From NCBI GenBank assembly GCA_963712745.1, contig CAVQJC010000001.1:32001-96000 (forward strand): a stretch of 64,000 nucleotides of DNA, in the 5' to 3' direction. Made by a program: the position numbers and the translations under genes. Shown piece by piece: positions 1-13,623 of this stretch (position 1 is the first letter of the stretch; the number at the start of each line of letters is the position of its first letter). The notes beneath the pieces were generated by a model. That model did no database searches. It saw only the letters and a program-made list of their open reading frames with translations, and was not told the origin of the DNA. This DNA is from an uncultured Chloroflexia bacterium. Its GTDB lineage: Bacteria; Chloroflexota; Limnocylindria; Limnocylindrales; CSP1-4.

Positions 1-261
1 GTCCACCAGCAGAGCTTCGGTGGCGTTGAGGTTGTCACCCGGCAGCAGGCGCGTGGGGTGCTCGGGCGCCATCACGACCAGGGTGCCTGCCGAGCGCGCC
101 TGCGGTGTCGGCGTAGGCTCGGGCGTGGTCGTAGCCACGGGGTCGGAGGTCGGAAGTAGGCTGGGCGATCCCGTCGGCGTCGGGTCCGACAGACAGGCCC
201 CGGCCACGAAGAGACCGGCCAAGGCCAGGGCCGGCAGCCGCAGCCGGCGCACGAGGCTCAC
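1..261 (-). CDS. N-terminal part of a lipoprotein, probably an ABC transporter substrate-binding protein (runs off the window)
   Basis: My translation: [23 protein letters not shown] (lipobox), a Pro/Thr linker, then [16 protein letters not shown]. The GTG overlaps the gcvPB stop (GTGA). Confidence 0.6.
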   Translation of the reverse strand, partial: MSLVRRLRLPALALAGLFVAGACLSDPTPTGSPSLLPTSDPVATTTPEPTPTPQARSAGTLVVMAPEHPTRLLPGDNLNATEALLVD

Positions 262-1820
262 TGCGGGCACGGAGTCTCGGCACCGGTCATGGGCTCCCAG
301 CGCAGGTCGGGCTTGCGGGCGGCAGTGGTCTCGTCGAGGCGCCGCACCGGCGCGTCGTGCGGTGCCGAGGTCAGCAGCTCGGGATCCTCGTGCGCCTCGC
401 GGGCCACGGCGATGAGCGCATCGGCGAAGGCATCGAGCGTCTCGAGCGACTCGGTCTCGGTGGGCTCGATGAGCAGGCACTCATCGACGATGAGCGGGAA
501 GTAGATCGTCGGCGGGTGGTAGCCGTGGTCGATGAGGCGCTTGGCGATGTCATACGTGCGCACCCCGGTCGCGGCCTTGATGGCCGAGGCCGAAGCCACG
601 AACTCGTGCTTGCAGGGACCGTCGAACGGCAGCTCATAGGCCTCCCCCACCCGCAGGCGCAGGTAGTTGGCGGCCAGCACCGCGTCCTCGCTCACCTCGC
701 GCAGACCGGGCCCGCCATGGGCGCGGATGTAGGCGTAGGCGCGGACGAGGACACCGACGCTGCCGCCGTAGGCGCGCACACGGCCGACGCTCTCCGGTCG
801 CTCGCCGGGGCGTTCGAGACGGAAGGCGCCGTCGTCCTCGCGCACGACCAGCGGCCCAGGCAGGTACGGAGCCAGGCGCTCGGCCACGGCGATGGGCCCG
901 GCCCCCGGTCCGCCACCGCCGTGGGGCGTGGAGAACGTCTTGTGCAGGTTGAAGTGCATGACGTCGAAGCCGGCCTGACCGGGGCGGAAGTGGCCCAGCA
1001 CCGCGTTCATGTTGGCGCCGTCCATGTAGGCCAGCGCGCCGGCGGCGTGCACCGCCTCGAGCAGCTCGAGGACGTGGTGCTCGAAGAGGCCCAGCGTGGA
1101 GGGATTGGTCAGCATCACCGCCGCGGTCCGCGGTCCCAGCGCCGCGCGCAGGGCCTCGATGTCCACCAGGCCCTCGGACGTGGAGGTGATGGTGATGGTG
1201 CGGAACCCGGCCATCGAAGCGGTCGCCGGGTTGGTGCCGTGCGAAGAGTCGGGCACGATGACCTCGTCGCGCTCGAGATCGCCACGGGCACGGTGATAGG
1301 CGCGGATGACGAGGATGCCGGTGAGTTCCCCCTGGGCACCCGCGGCCGGCTGCAGCGAGACCGCGGGGAAGCCACCGATCTCGCCCAGCTGCCGCTGCAG
1401 CGTCCACATCAGCTCCAGGCTCCCCTGCGCGAGTGCATCGGGCACCAGCGGATGCAGGCGGGCGAAGCCGGGCAGGCGGGCGGCCCACTCGTTGATCTTG
1501 GGGTTGTATTTCATGGTGCACGAGCCCAACGGGTAGATGCCGCTGTCGACCGAGTAGTTGAGGTGGGAGAGGCGCACGAAGTGGTGGACGACGGTGGGCT
1601 CGTCGATCTCGGGCAGGCCGGCCGGGCTGGCACGGCGGTGCTCGGGGGGCACGCCCTCCAAGGCGTGGGCGGGGGCATGCGGCACCTTGAACGAGGAGCG
1701 GCCCGGTGCAGACAGCTCCGCCAGCGTGGGCTGCAGGTCTGGTCCCACCGCCGAACGGCGGGCGTTCTCCGGCACCAGGATGGGGCGGGGCCGGTTGGTC
1801 TCGAGGTTCGGCGCGCTCAT
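258..1820 (-). CDS. gcvPB: Glycine dehydrogenase (decarboxylating) subunit 2
   Basis: Motifs [22 protein letters not shown] and the PLP-lysine motif [21 protein letters not shown] at 1820 overlaps the gcvPA stop. Confidence 0.95.
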   Translation of the reverse strand: MSAPNLETNRPRPILVPENARRSAVGPDLQPTLAELSAPGRSSFKVPHAPAHALEGVPPEHRRASPAGLPEIDEPTVVHHFVRLSHLNYSVDSGIYPLGSCTMKYNPKINEWAARLPGFARLHPLVPDALAQGSLELMWTLQRQLGEIGGFPAVSLQPAAGAQGELTGILVIRAYHRARGDLERDEVIVPDSSHGTNPATASMAGFRTITITSTSEGLVDIEALRAALGPRTAAVMLTNPSTLGLFEHHVLELLEAVHAAGALAYMDGANMNAVLGHFRPGQAGFDVMHFNLHKTFSTPHGGGGPGAGPIAVAERLAPYLPGPLVVREDDGAFRLERPGERPESVGRVRAYGGSVGVLVRAYAYIRAHGGPGLREVSEDAVLAANYLRLRVGEAYELPFDGPCKHEFVASASAIKAATGVRTYDIAKRLIDHGYHPPTIYFPLIVDECLLIEPTETESLETLDAFADALIAVAREAHEDPELLTSAPHDAPVRRLDETTAARKPDLRWEPMTGAETPCPQ

Positions 1821-3168
1821 GCCACCGCCTCCCCCAGCGCGGCGGCCAGGCGGCCGATGTCTTCGTCGGTGGTGAGCTCGGTGGCGCACACCAGCAGGGC
1901 CTCGCGCAACTCGGGGTCGTGGGCATACCAGCGCCGCAGCTCCAGGCCCGCCAGCAGCCCCTCGTCGAGCAGGCGCGCATGGACGGCGGCGGCCCCGGGT
2001 ACACGGATGGCGAACTCGTTGAGATAGGGCGCGTCGTGGACGCGCGCGATACCGACAGCCGCGAGGGCGCCTTCCAGCCTGCGCGCGGCGGCCGCGCCCC
2101 GAGGCGGCCACGTCGCGCAAGCCATGGGGGCCCAGCGTGGCCAGGTAGGTCGTGGCCGCGAGGGCGCAGAGGGCCTGGTTGGTGCAGATGTTGGAGGCGG
2201 CCTTGTCGCGTCGGATGTCCTGTTCGCGGGCGCGCAGCGTCATCACGAACGCGCGGCGACCCTCGATATCGGTGGTGCGACCCACCAGCCGACCGGGGAT
2301 CTGTCGCAGCGAGCGCCCCGTCGCAGGCGAGCAGGCCGAGGTAGGGACCGCCGAACTGGGGGGCGATGCCCAGCGGCTGTCCCTCCCCCGCCGCGATGTC
2401 GGCGCCGTATTCGCCCGGCGGCGCCAGCACCGACAGCGAGACCGGCTCGACCACGGCCACGAAGAGCGCCCCCGCGGCATGGGTCAGCTCCGCCGCATGC
2501 GCCATCGGCTCCAGCAGTCCGAAGGCGTTGGGCTGGCCCAGGACCACGCCCGCCACCGGTCGCTCATCGTCGGCCAGCTCGGTCTCCAGCGCGGCCAGGT
2601 CGGTGGTGCCGTCAGGGAGCGTGGGCAGCTCCTCGAGCTCGAGGGTGCCGGCGCTGAAGTAGGTCCGCGCCGTCTCGACGTAGTGGCGGTGGACGGCGCG
2701 ACTGATGAGCACGCGCTCACGCCGGGTGGCGCGGACGGTCATCAGCGCCGCCTCGGCCGTGGCCGAGGCGCCGTCGTAGTGGGAGGCGGAGACGACCGGC
2801 AGGCCCGCCAGCTCGGCGATGAGCGACTGGAACTCGTAGATGGTCTGGAGCGTGCCCTGGCTGATCTCCGGCTGGTAGGGCGTGTAGGCGGTGTAGAACT
2901 CGCCGCGCGAGAGCACCGCGTCGACCGCGGCCGGGATGTGGTGCTGGTACACGCCGGCACCGAGGAACGAGACGAGGTCGGCGCGGTTGCGCCCGGCCAG
3001 GGCCGCCAGCTCGCGGCTGAGGGTCAGCTCCGAGACCGGATCGGCCAGGTCCAGGCCGTCGGCGCGCACGGCTGGGGGGATATCGTCGAACAGCTGCTCG
3101 ACCGACTCGAGGCCGAGCGCGGCCAGCATCTGCGCGCGCGTGTCAGGGGTGTGGGGGCCGTAGACCAT
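1817..3168 (-). CDS. gcvPA: Glycine dehydrogenase subunit 1, with two +1 frameshifts (~2310 and ~2100) that are probably sequencing errors
   Basis: Motifs SFLGAGVY and [16 protein letters not shown]. It continues in a second frame (RQIPGRLVG...[20 protein letters not shown]) and a third (APYLNEF...LLVCATE). Removing 2 nt gives 450 codons. Confidence 0.9.
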
Positions 3169-3172
3169 GCCG

Positions 3173-3553
3173 TCAGTCGCCGATCATCCGGCCATAGGCA
3201 GCGGCATCCAGCAGCCCCTCGGCCGAGCCCGCGTCGTCGAGGCGCAGGCGCACCATCCAGCCGCCCTCGTAGGGCTCGCTGTTGACCAGCTCGGGCTCCT
3301 CGGCCAGGGCCTCGTTGACGGCGATGACCTCGCCCGCCACCGGGGCCAGCAGGTCGCTGGCGGTCTTGACCGACTCGATGACCCCGAAGGTCTCGTCCCC
3401 GGCCAGCTTGCGCCCGACCTCGGGCAGCTCCACGAAGACGACGTCCCCGAGCTCGTCGGCAGCGTAGGCGGTGATGCCGACCACGGCCTCGTCACCCTCG
3501 ATGCGCAGCCACTCGTGATCCTTGGAGTAGCGCAGCGTCCCGGGTACTTCCAC
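3173..3553 (-). CDS. gcvH: Glycine cleavage system H protein
   Basis: LRYSKDHEW and lipoyl motif IESVKTASDL; GGAGG RBS before the GTG at 3553. Confidence 0.95.
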   Translation of the reverse strand: MEVPGTLRYSKDHEWLRIEGDEAVVGITAYAADELGDVVFVELPEVGRKLAGDETFGVIESVKTASDLLAPVAGEVIAVNEALAEEPELVNSEPYEGGWMVRLRLDDAGSAEGLLDAAAYGRMIGD

Positions 3554-3617
3554 GTCAGATCCTCCAGCGGTCAACGACAGCCCGTCTGAACTCCCCCGGC
3601 GGGCGCTGGGGTCGGGC

Positions 3618-4715
3618 TCATCGGCCCGTGCGGCGATAGAACGGCAATGGCACGACCTCGGCAGGCACGGCAGCTCCGCGGACGGCGACGTCGAGCATGG
3701 TACCCGGGGCTGCATCTTTGGGCGGGACATAGGCCATGGCGATGGCCTGGCCCAGCGTCGGCGACTGGCTGCCGCTGGTGACGACACCGACCGGATCGTC
3801 CGCAGCGGGGTGCATGACCGCGTAGCCGTGCCGGGCGATCCCGCGGTCACGCAGGACCAGGCCGACGAGCTGCCGGGCAGGGTTGCCCGCGCTCACCATG
3901 AGCGCCTCGCGGCCGACGAACTCGTGGTCCGACTGCACGGCCCAGCCCAACCCGGCTTCGTACGGCGTGGTCGAGCGGTCGAGCTCGTTGCCGTAGAGGG
4001 GCATGCCGGCTTCGAGGCGCAGCGTGTCCCGGGCGCCCAGTCCGCAGGGCACGAGACCGGCCGTTGCGCCGGCCTCGAGCAGCGCCACCCACAGCCCGGG
4101 GGCGTCGGCCCAGGGCACGAAGAGCTCGAAGCCATCCTCGCCGGTGTAGCCCGTGCGGGCCACGAGCGCGGGCAGGCCGGCCACGGTCGCTTCCGCGGCA
4201 GCGTAGTTGCGCAGCGTCGTGAGGTCGCAGTCGGTGAGCGGGGCCAGGACCTCCGCGGCGGCCGGTCCCTGGATGGCGACCAGCGAGGTCGACAGTGTCT
4301 CGTCGCCGAGGCTCGCCTGGTACCCCTCGAGGCGGTCGCGCAAGGTCCCGGCCACGATATCGGTGTTCGATGCGTTGGGTACGACCAGGAACGCTTCGTC
4401 GGCGAGGCGGTAGACGATGAGGTCGTCGATGACACCACCCTCCGCGGTGCACAGCAGCGAGTAGCCGGCCCGCCCGTTCGCCAATCGGCCAGGGTCGTTG
4501 ACCAGGGCGGCCGCCAGCCCAGCCGCTGCGCCCGGACCCTCGATGCGGAGCTCTCCCATGTGTGAGAGGTCGAAGAGTCCGGCTGCGGTCCGCACCGCCT
4601 GGTGTTCTTCGATGATCGACCCATAGCGGACCGGCATCTCCCAGCCACCGAACTCGGTGAAGCGGGCCCCGCGGTCAAGGTGGGCGGCGTAGAGGGCGGT
4701 CCGGCGCGTGCCCAC
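3618..4715 (-). CDS. gcvT: Glycine cleavage aminomethyltransferase T
   Basis: Motifs FGGWEMPVRY, FDLSHMGE, ARTGYTGEDGFE and GLGARDTLRLEAG. Confidence 0.95.
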   Translation of the reverse strand: MGTRRTALYAAHLDRGARFTEFGGWEMPVRYGSIIEEHQAVRTAAGLFDLSHMGELRIEGPGAAAGLAAALVNDPGRLANGRAGYSLLCTAEGGVIDDLIVYRLADEAFLVVPNASNTDIVAGTLRDRLEGYQASLGDETLSTSLVAIQGPAAAEVLAPLTDCDLTTLRNYAAAEATVAGLPALVARTGYTGEDGFELFVPWADAPGLWVALLEAGATAGLVPCGLGARDTLRLEAGMPLYGNELDRSTTPYEAGLGWAVQSDHEFVGREALMVSAGNPARQLVGLVLRDRGIARHGYAVMHPAADDPVGVVTSGSQSPTLGQAIAMAYVPPKDAAPGTMLDVAVRGAAVPAEVVPLPFYRRTGR

Positions 4716-4719
4716 CGGC

Positions 4720-5172
4720 CTAGGCCAGGCCGGCCACGGGCAGGGCCCGCGTGAGGATGTCGCGCTCGGTCGGGAAGCGCATCACCGCCTCGGCTTCACC
4801 GATCCCGAACCAGCGCACCTCCTCGAACTCGTGGTCGTGGTCGGCGATATCGCCGCCGGTGGGCTCCATGAGGTAGTAGTGCACGGTCTTGTGGATGCGC
4901 CGGCCATCCCGCACGAAGCGGTAGTGGATGTCGCCGACGGTCTCGAGGATGCGCACCTCCAGTCCGGTCTCCTCGCGCACCTCGCGCACGGCGGTCTGGG
5001 CGGGCGTCTCGTCGCCGTCGGGCGTGCCCTTGGGCAACGACCAGCTCGCACGATCGCGGCGCCGGCGGCCGAGCACGAGCTCGGGGCCGTCCTGGCTGTG
5101 TCGGATGACCACGCCGCCGGCCGAGAACGCGCGAGTGATGGGTAGCAGGGATCGACTCCTCGGCCTGGCCAC
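4720..5172 (-). CDS. NUDIX hydrolase
   Basis: SAGGVV followed by the Nudix box WSLPKG...ETPAQTAVREVREETG. GTG start at 5172 is my choice. Confidence 0.85.
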   Translation of the reverse strand: MARPRSRSLLPITRAFSAGGVVIRHSQDGPELVLGRRRRDRASWSLPKGTPDGDETPAQTAVREVREETGLEVRILETVGDIHYRFVRDGRRIHKTVHYYLMEPTGGDIADHDHEFEEVRWFGIGEAEAVMRFPTERDILTRALPVAGLA

Positions 5173-5507
5173 TTCAGCGTGGCCGGGGCACCGCGCGGAA
5201 CGAGCGAGGGTCTCGGAGCGCCCGGCGAGGGCTGGACCAGTGGATGGAGGCCGGCCGCTGTGCCGCGTCGGCCAGGGCCGGGGCCGGTCCATCGGCAGTC
5301 AGGCTGCGCGCGGCGCGACGGAGCGTGCCCACCGGGTCGCGCTGGGCCGCGGCACGCGCCGCCCGCGGGATGCGCGGCTCCATCCGCGAGTGGCCGCGCG
5401 CGAGCGGATGTGGTCGGCGGCCGCCGCCCGCGGGCGACACGAATCGCGTCCCTCGGTGTGTCGCACGCATCGATCCGACGCCTCGCTGCATCATGCGATG
5501 GTACCGC

Positions 5508-6434
5508 CTATCCGTCCTCGAGCAGACGCCGTAGCGGCGCAGCTCGAGCTTCATCCAGATCCCCGCGCGCCAGCGCCAACGCCAGCTCCCGCTTGGCCGT
5601 GGCCCGGTACATCTCCAGCGCTCCCGGGGCCAACCGCGACATGGCCGCGAGGTGGTCTCGGACGGTACCCACGTCACCGCGCACGAACGGCCCCGTCAAG
5701 GCGTCTCCGATACCCATGGACTCGGCGTTGGTTAGAGCCTGGCGGATGAGCGGAACATAGATGGCGAGGGCACCGGCCTCGTCGAGCCCGGCCCCTCGAG
5801 CGACCTCGGCCACGCCGTCGAGCAGGCCGATGACGCCGCCTCCGGCCAGCACGGCCGCAGCGTGGTAGGCGGTCTTGCCCGTGGGTGGCAGGCGCACCGG
5901 CTGGGCTCCGATGTCCGTGGCCAGCTGGCCCAGCAGCGTCACCAGCTCCTCATCACCCTCGAGCGCGATGGTCGCATCGGGCAGCGCCGCCACGGCCGCC
6001 TCCTGGCCGGCGAAGGCGACCATGGGATGGAACGAACCCAGCTGGGTGCCGGCGGCACGGGCCGGTTCGAGGACGTGCGAGTCGAGCGCGCCGGAGGTGT
6101 GCACCAGCGCCTGGCCGGCGTACAGCCGCAGCGACGCGGCGACGTCGGCGATGGCGTCATCGGGCACGGTCACGAAGATGAGATCGACCGCGTCGGCGAT
6201 GGCCGCGCCGACAGGTACCGCAGCCGCGTCCGGGACCAGCTGGCGGAAGCGATCGGCGTGGACCGGATCGCGGGAGGCGATGGCGACCACGGGCCAGCCC
6301 GCGCGGGCGAACGCGACACCGAGAGCGCAGGCCACCCTCCCGGCACCGACGAACCCGATACGCGGATGGCCGCTGGGATCGCCGGGCGGATGTGGATGGC
6401 TGTGGCCCGGTGCGCCGCCGTGCGTCTCGTTCAC
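5508..6434 (-). CDS. Rossmann-like/DUF2520 oxidoreductase (PanG-like)
   Basis: Motifs IGFVGAGRV, TVPDDAI, HTSGA, SFHPM, YHAAAV and LTGPFVRGD. Confidence 0.85.
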   Translation of the reverse strand: MNETHGGAPGHSHPHPPGDPSGHPRIGFVGAGRVACALGVAFARAGWPVVAIASRDPVHADRFRQLVPDAAAVPVGAAIADAVDLIFVTVPDDAIADVAASLRLYAGQALVHTSGALDSHVLEPARAAGTQLGSFHPMVAFAGQEAAVAALPDATIALEGDEELVTLLGQLATDIGAQPVRLPPTGKTAYHAAAVLAGGGVIGLLDGVAEVARGAGLDEAGALAIYVPLIRQALTNAESMGIGDALTGPFVRGDVGTVRDHLAAMSRLAPGALEMYRATAKRELALALARGDLDEARAAPLRRLLEDG

Positions 6435-6561
6435 GGCTACAGCCTATCGGGCTCGAAAGGCGGTCGTATACTGCGGTCGCATACGAACGACCCGAGGCGG
6501 GCACTCCCGTCAGGAGCCGACAGCACGAGCGCGCCCGCCGCGCCGCATTGGAGCTCGCCTC

Positions 6562-9258
<2,697 letters not shown>

Positions 9259-9278
9259 GCCGGGTAGGCCGCGGAGCG

Positions 9279-10514
9279 TCAGCCGGCGGGGGCCTCTCCG
9301 TCCGCGCCGAGGCCCATGACGTAGCCGCCAGTGGTGACCAGATACAGCTCGCCCGCGTCATCCACGCCGAACGAACGCGGCTGGCCCAGCTCCGTCGGCA
9401 CCCGGCCGACCACGGCCGGGGTAGCCGCTCCCGCCTGCAGCTGCTCAGCCGGCACGGCCCAGATGGTGCCGCTGCAATGGTCCGCGTAGAGGTAGGTGCC
9501 GGCAGGCAGCGATCCGGCAGCACCGCGGTAGGCGTAGCCGCCGACGACGGCGCAGTGGCCGGTCTCGCCATCCTCGTGGGCGTAGGCCACGGCGGGTGCG
9601 ATGTGGTCACCCGGCACGCACTCGTGTCCAGCGACGCAACCCTCTCCCTCCATCACGCTCCAGCCGAAGGATGCCTCGCGCGCTCCCGGCGCCAGCACGT
9701 CGATCTCCTCCCACTGGCTCTGGCCCGCGTCACCGATATAGGCATGACCCGTCTCGCGGTCGAGGCTGAAACGCCAGGGATCGCGCAGGCCGATGGCCTG
9801 GATCTCCGCCCGCGCGGCAGGGTCGTCGGCGAAGCCATTGTCGGCCGGGGTGGCGTAGGGCCAGCCGTGGTCGACATCCAGGCGCAGCAGCTTGCCCAGC
9901 AGGGAGGCGCGGTCCTGGCCGTTGCCGAGCGGGTCGTTGGCGGAGCCGCCATCGCCGATCGCGGCCAGCAGCATGCCCTCGTGGTCGAAGGCGAGCATGC
10001 CCGCCTTGTGCGTGGTGAACGGCTGCGGGATGGTCAGCACCGCCCGCTCGGTCGCCTCGAGGGCGCTGTCGTCGTCGGGCACCTGGAACTCGCTGATGAC
10101 GGTGGCTCCGTCTCCTCGCCGCGAATAGGTGGTGAAGAGGCGCCCGTTCTGGCCGAAGCCCGGATGGAAGGCCAGGCCCAGCAGGCCTCGCTCCTCCTGA
10201 TACAGGACGCGGTCACGGATGTCGAGGAAGAGCTCGGGCTCCACCTCTCCGTCGGCGCTCAGCCGCAGGATGTGACCGTCCTGCTCGACCACGTATCGGT
10301 CGCCCTCCCCGTCGCCCGCCAGCAGGACCGGAGCATCGAAGCCGGCAGCGACGGTCTCGAGGCGGATGGACAGGTCGAGGGGCTCGGCCGGGGACGCATC
10401 ATCGCCGAAGAGCTGGGCGGCCAGAAGCGCCACGATGCCGATGAGACCGATGACGATGATGGCGGCATTGATGACGACCCCCGAGCCGGGGCCGCTCGAC
10501 CTCGCCTCGCTCAC
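9279..10514 (-). CDS. Membrane-anchored PQQ-dependent sugar (glucose/sorbosone) dehydrogenase family protein
   Basis: N-terminal TM segment; motifs ERGLLGLAFHPGF, GDGGSANDP, GKLLRLDVD and GLRDPWRFS. Confidence 0.85.
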   Translation of the reverse strand: MSEARSSGPGSGVVINAAIIVIGLIGIVALLAAQLFGDDASPAEPLDLSIRLETVAAGFDAPVLLAGDGEGDRYVVEQDGHILRLSADGEVEPELFLDIRDRVLYQEERGLLGLAFHPGFGQNGRLFTTYSRRGDGATVISEFQVPDDDSALEATERAVLTIPQPFTTHKAGMLAFDHEGMLLAAIGDGGSANDPLGNGQDRASLLGKLLRLDVDHGWPYATPADNGFADDPAARAEIQAIGLRDPWRFSLDRETGHAYIGDAGQSQWEEIDVLAPGAREASFGWSVMEGEGCVAGHECVPGDHIAPAVAYAHEDGETGHCAVVGGYAYRGAAGSLPAGTYLYADHCSGTIWAVPAEQLQAGAATPAVVGRVPTELGQPRSFGVDDAGELYLVTTGGYVMGLGADGEAPAG

Positions 10515-11422
10515 TCCACGTCGTCGGCCGGCACGACTGTCGGGTCAGCCTCGGGTGACGGCGGCGGTGGCAGGGCAACCTCCAGCTGCTCGCGCAGCAC
10601 CAGCAACGGCTGTCCGAAGGCATCACTGAAGGTGAGGCCCTCGACATCGCGCTCCCAGCGCGTGATCTCGCCGAAGAGCGCGAAGAGGCGACGCTCCTGC
10701 TTGCGGGCATCGCCGGTGCAGGCGGGGCCGATGGGTTCGATCGGTCCGATGAGGATGCGCGTGCCCTCGCTGGTGTACTCACCGTCGAGGAAGCGGCAGC
10801 CGCTGCTGCCGGTCACCCCGCCGTCGGCCGCGAGGTCGAGGATGATGGGCACGTCCTCGAGTGGCACCACGGGCTGGCCGTTGGGCCGGGCGTAGCGCTG
10901 GGCGACCCAAGTGCCCGTGACGTCGGTGAAGGCGGGACGCTCGAGCACGACGCGGACGTCGCCGTCCCCATCGAGGAGCTCTAGCCCGGTCGCGCTCGCG
11001 GTCCAGGTGGTGACCGCCTCCAGCGCCACTGAGAACGCGACCGCCTCCTCGGTGCGCTTGGCACCGCATTCGCCGAAGCCCTTGCTCACGATGCCCAGGC
11101 CGATGCGCTCACCCTCGACCGAATAGCCACCGTGGTATTCGCCGCAGCCGGTCTGCCCCTCGAGACGACCCCGCGTCAGCATCGAGAGCGACAGCTCGGA
11201 GCCCTTGCGCGGCTCGACCAGGCCCTCGCCCCAGGCATCGTAGGCCTGGACATCCCAGGTGCCCTCCGGCTGGGCCGGGACCGGGATGGCTTCGGGGCTG
11301 ATGCTCGGGGCGGGCGAGGCGACGCCGGGCTCCTGTGCCAGCACCGCGGCCGTCGAGAGGATGATGGCGGCCAAGGCCACGCCGAGCGTGGTCGACAGGC
11401 GGGTCCTGTTCCTCATGTGCAT
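10511..11422 (-). CDS. Secreted protein with two META (HslJ-like) domains
   Basis: Signal peptide, then two repeats: GQTGCGEYHGGY...C and GSSGCRFLDGEY...AC. Confidence 0.75.
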   Translation of the reverse strand: MHMRNRTRLSTTLGVALAAIILSTAAVLAQEPGVASPAPSISPEAIPVPAQPEGTWDVQAYDAWGEGLVEPRKGSELSLSMLTRGRLEGQTGCGEYHGGYSVEGERIGLGIVSKGFGECGAKRTEEAVAFSVALEAVTTWTASATGLELLDGDGDVRVVLERPAFTDVTGTWVAQRYARPNGQPVVPLEDVPIILDLAADGGVTGSSGCRFLDGEYTSEGTRILIGPIEPIGPACTGDARKQERRLFALFGEITRWERDVEGLTFSDAFGQPLLVLREQLEVALPPPPSPEADPTVVPADDVE

Positions 11423-11477
11423 AGCCGTCAGGGTAGCGCCGATGCGTGTGCATGGGGCCAGGCGCTACAGTCGCCCC

Positions 11478-12485
11478 ATGGCCGACGTGTTCGAGCTCGT
11501 GCCCAAGGTCGAGCTGCATCTGCACCTCGAGGGAGCGATCCCGCCGGCTGCCCTGTGGGAGCTGGTCGAGGGCTACGGCGATCCGGGGACCCGGTCCCTC
11601 GTGGAGATGACGGCACGCTTCGAGTACCGAGACTTTGCCCACTTCATCGAGACCTGGCAGTGGATGCTGCCCTTCATCCGCACCGGCGACGACTGGACCC
11701 GGGTGGCCAGGGCGGTGGCTGCCTCGCTGGCCGATCAGCACATCGTCTATGCCGAGGCGTCGATCTCGCCCACCGATTTCCGCCAGCACCAGCTTCCGCT
11801 CGCGGAGATCGCGACCAGCGTGCGCCGGGGCCTCGACTCGGTGGCGGGAACCCGCGTGAACCTGCTCGTGGACCTGGTTCGAGACACCGGGCCGGAATGG
11901 TGCGGGCGCACCCTCGAGGAGGTCATCGAGGTCGCCGACGAAGCCGGCATCGTGGGCATCACCCTCGGTGGCATGGAGCAGCCCAACCCGCCGTGGCGCT
12001 ATCGGGACGTCTACCGGCGAGCCGGGGAAGCCGGGCTCGGGCGCAGCGTCCACGCCGGCGAGGCTGCCGGACCAGAGTACGTGTGGTCCGCCCTGCGCGA
12101 CCTCGGCGTCGACCGCATCGGCCACGGCGTACGCGCGGTGGAGGATCCGGCGCTCGTGGACCACCTCGTTACGCGTGGCGTGCCGCTGGAGGTCTGTCCG
12201 ACCTCCAACATCCGCACCGGCGTGGTCGCCTCGTGGGCGGAGCACCCGGTCATCGAGCTCGTGGAGCGTGGCGCGCGCGTGACCATCAACAGCGATGACC
12301 CCATGTACTTCGAGTGCACGCTGGCAGGTGACCTGCGCCGGGTGGCGAGCCTGACCGAGCTGGACGTCGAACGCCACACGCTCTACGCGGTCGAGGCATC
12401 TTTCGCGAGCGAGGCGGTCAAGCGGGACCTGACCGCGACCGTGGCCGGCTGGTGGCGGGCCGATCCGGCGGAGGCGATCTCGTGA
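11478..12485 (+). CDS. add: Adenosine/adenine deaminase
   Basis: Motifs PKVELHLHLEG, VHAGE, DRIGHG, EVCPTSN and NSDDP. Confidence 0.9.
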   Translation: MADVFELVPKVELHLHLEGAIPPAALWELVEGYGDPGTRSLVEMTARFEYRDFAHFIETWQWMLPFIRTGDDWTRVARAVAASLADQHIVYAEASISPTDFRQHQLPLAEIATSVRRGLDSVAGTRVNLLVDLVRDTGPEWCGRTLEEVIEVADEAGIVGITLGGMEQPNPPWRYRDVYRRAGEAGLGRSVHAGEAAGPEYVWSALRDLGVDRIGHGVRAVEDPALVDHLVTRGVPLEVCPTSNIRTGVVASWAEHPVIELVERGARVTINSDDPMYFECTLAGDLRRVASLTELDVERHTLYAVEASFASEAVKRDLTATVAGWWRADPAEAIS

Positions 12486-12850
12486 GCGATGCGAGCTGGC
12501 AGGCGCTGCCCCGTCGTGCCAGGGCGTTCCGCATCGCCCACGTCGCCTGGGGCATCGTCGCCCTGGTGGCGCTGGCCCACGTGTGGGAGTGCGCCATCAA
12601 ACGCCGCCGCGACCGGCCCCTGTGGGCCTCGATGGCGTTCCTGCTGGTCCAGGGGATGGCCCTGCTGATCGGCCGGGGCGACTGTCCGTTCGGTCCCTTC
12701 CAGCGTCGGCTGGGAGATCCTGTCCCGATGTTCGAGCTGGTCCTGCCGCCGCGGGCGGCCAAGGCCGCCATCCCGGTCCTCGCGGTGGTGGCCGTTGCCG
12801 GCATCGTGTCGGTCCTCCTCCGGCCCCCACGTCGCGACACGCGCCGGTAG
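12482..12850 (+). CDS. Small membrane protein
   Basis: GTG overlaps the add stop; three hydrophobic segments and a GDCPF motif reminiscent of DUF2784. Confidence 0.65.
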   Translation: MSDASWQALPRRARAFRIAHVAWGIVALVALAHVWECAIKRRRDRPLWASMAFLLVQGMALLIGRGDCPFGPFQRRLGDPVPMFELVLPPRAAKAAIPVLAVVAVAGIVSVLLRPPRRDTRR

Positions 12851-12851
12851 G

Positions 12852-13433
12852 CTACTCGCCCAGTGACAGGCCGGGTTCGATGGGATCCAGCACCGGCGGC
12901 GGCTCGCCTTCGTAGATGTAGCCCTCGAAGACGTACTCGCCCGCGCCCCAGTCAGTGACGTCCACGTACAGCACAAGGATGGCGGAGAGGCCCTCGTAGG
13001 CCCCCTCCCCGCTCAACGTCGCCAGCTCGACCCCCATCGGTCCGAACGACTCCGAGGGCATGGCCTCCGGGCTCGCGTCGAAGCCGTGGCCGCCACCGAC
13101 CCAGGCGCCGTCGGCATCCTCCAGTCGGTAGCTGATGGCGATGACTGATGGCCACACCGACCCTTCGGGGTGCAGGCCCTCACGTGTGTCCATGAGCGTG
13201 CGCGTCAACATCCGCGACGGGAGGCGGGGGTCGCTCCAGTCGACGTCACGCTCGCTGAGCAGGAGCAGTCGGTCGACATCGTCCGCCTCGACCGACTCCG
13301 GCGGCGGCCCGAAGGACTCGACGATCGTGCCACTGACGTACGACGCGACTGGCGTCTCGCCGTCGGCGGCGGCCGCACCGGCCACGCCGACCATCAAGCC
13401 CAGGGCGAAGACACCGATACAGAGGGTGCGCAT
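12852..13433 (-). CDS. Secreted hypothetical protein
   Basis: Signal peptide, acidic mature region with LSGEGAYEGLSA, GGAGG RBS. Confidence 0.75.
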   Translation of the reverse strand: MRTLCIGVFALGLMVGVAGAAAADGETPVASYVSGTIVESFGPPPESVEADDVDRLLLLSERDVDWSDPRLPSRMLTRTLMDTREGLHPEGSVWPSVIAISYRLEDADGAWVGGGHGFDASPEAMPSESFGPMGVELATLSGEGAYEGLSAILVLYVDVTDWGAGEYVFEGYIYEGEPPPVLDPIEPGLSLGE

Positions 13434-13623
13434 CTCGAGCTCCTCCAGCTACTACCCCCCATCCCAGTGGGCAACCGTCAAGGGCGCAAGGGTCGGAGGT
13501 CACCTTGTGCCTTCAGCCTGAGAGGCAGAGACGAGCACGGCTTCCGCCGCCGGGCTGTTTGACACTTGACCCCGCACCGTCGGGCTGCAGGATTCGGGTA
13601 TCCGACCAGGGGGGACAACGGAT

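Noticed and set aside
258-2480. 740-aa GcvPA/PB hybrid ORF
   Set aside because: It is a product of the gcvPA frameshifts; gcvPB starts at 1820.
5173-5507. Glycine riboswitch upstream of gcv
   Set aside because: I could not find the GGAGA...CCGAAG...CTCTCAGG arrangement.
13500-13560. Riboswitch-like hairpin containing CTGAGAG/CTCTCAGG
   Set aside because: Only isolated motif words; their order does not fit TPP or glycine aptamers.
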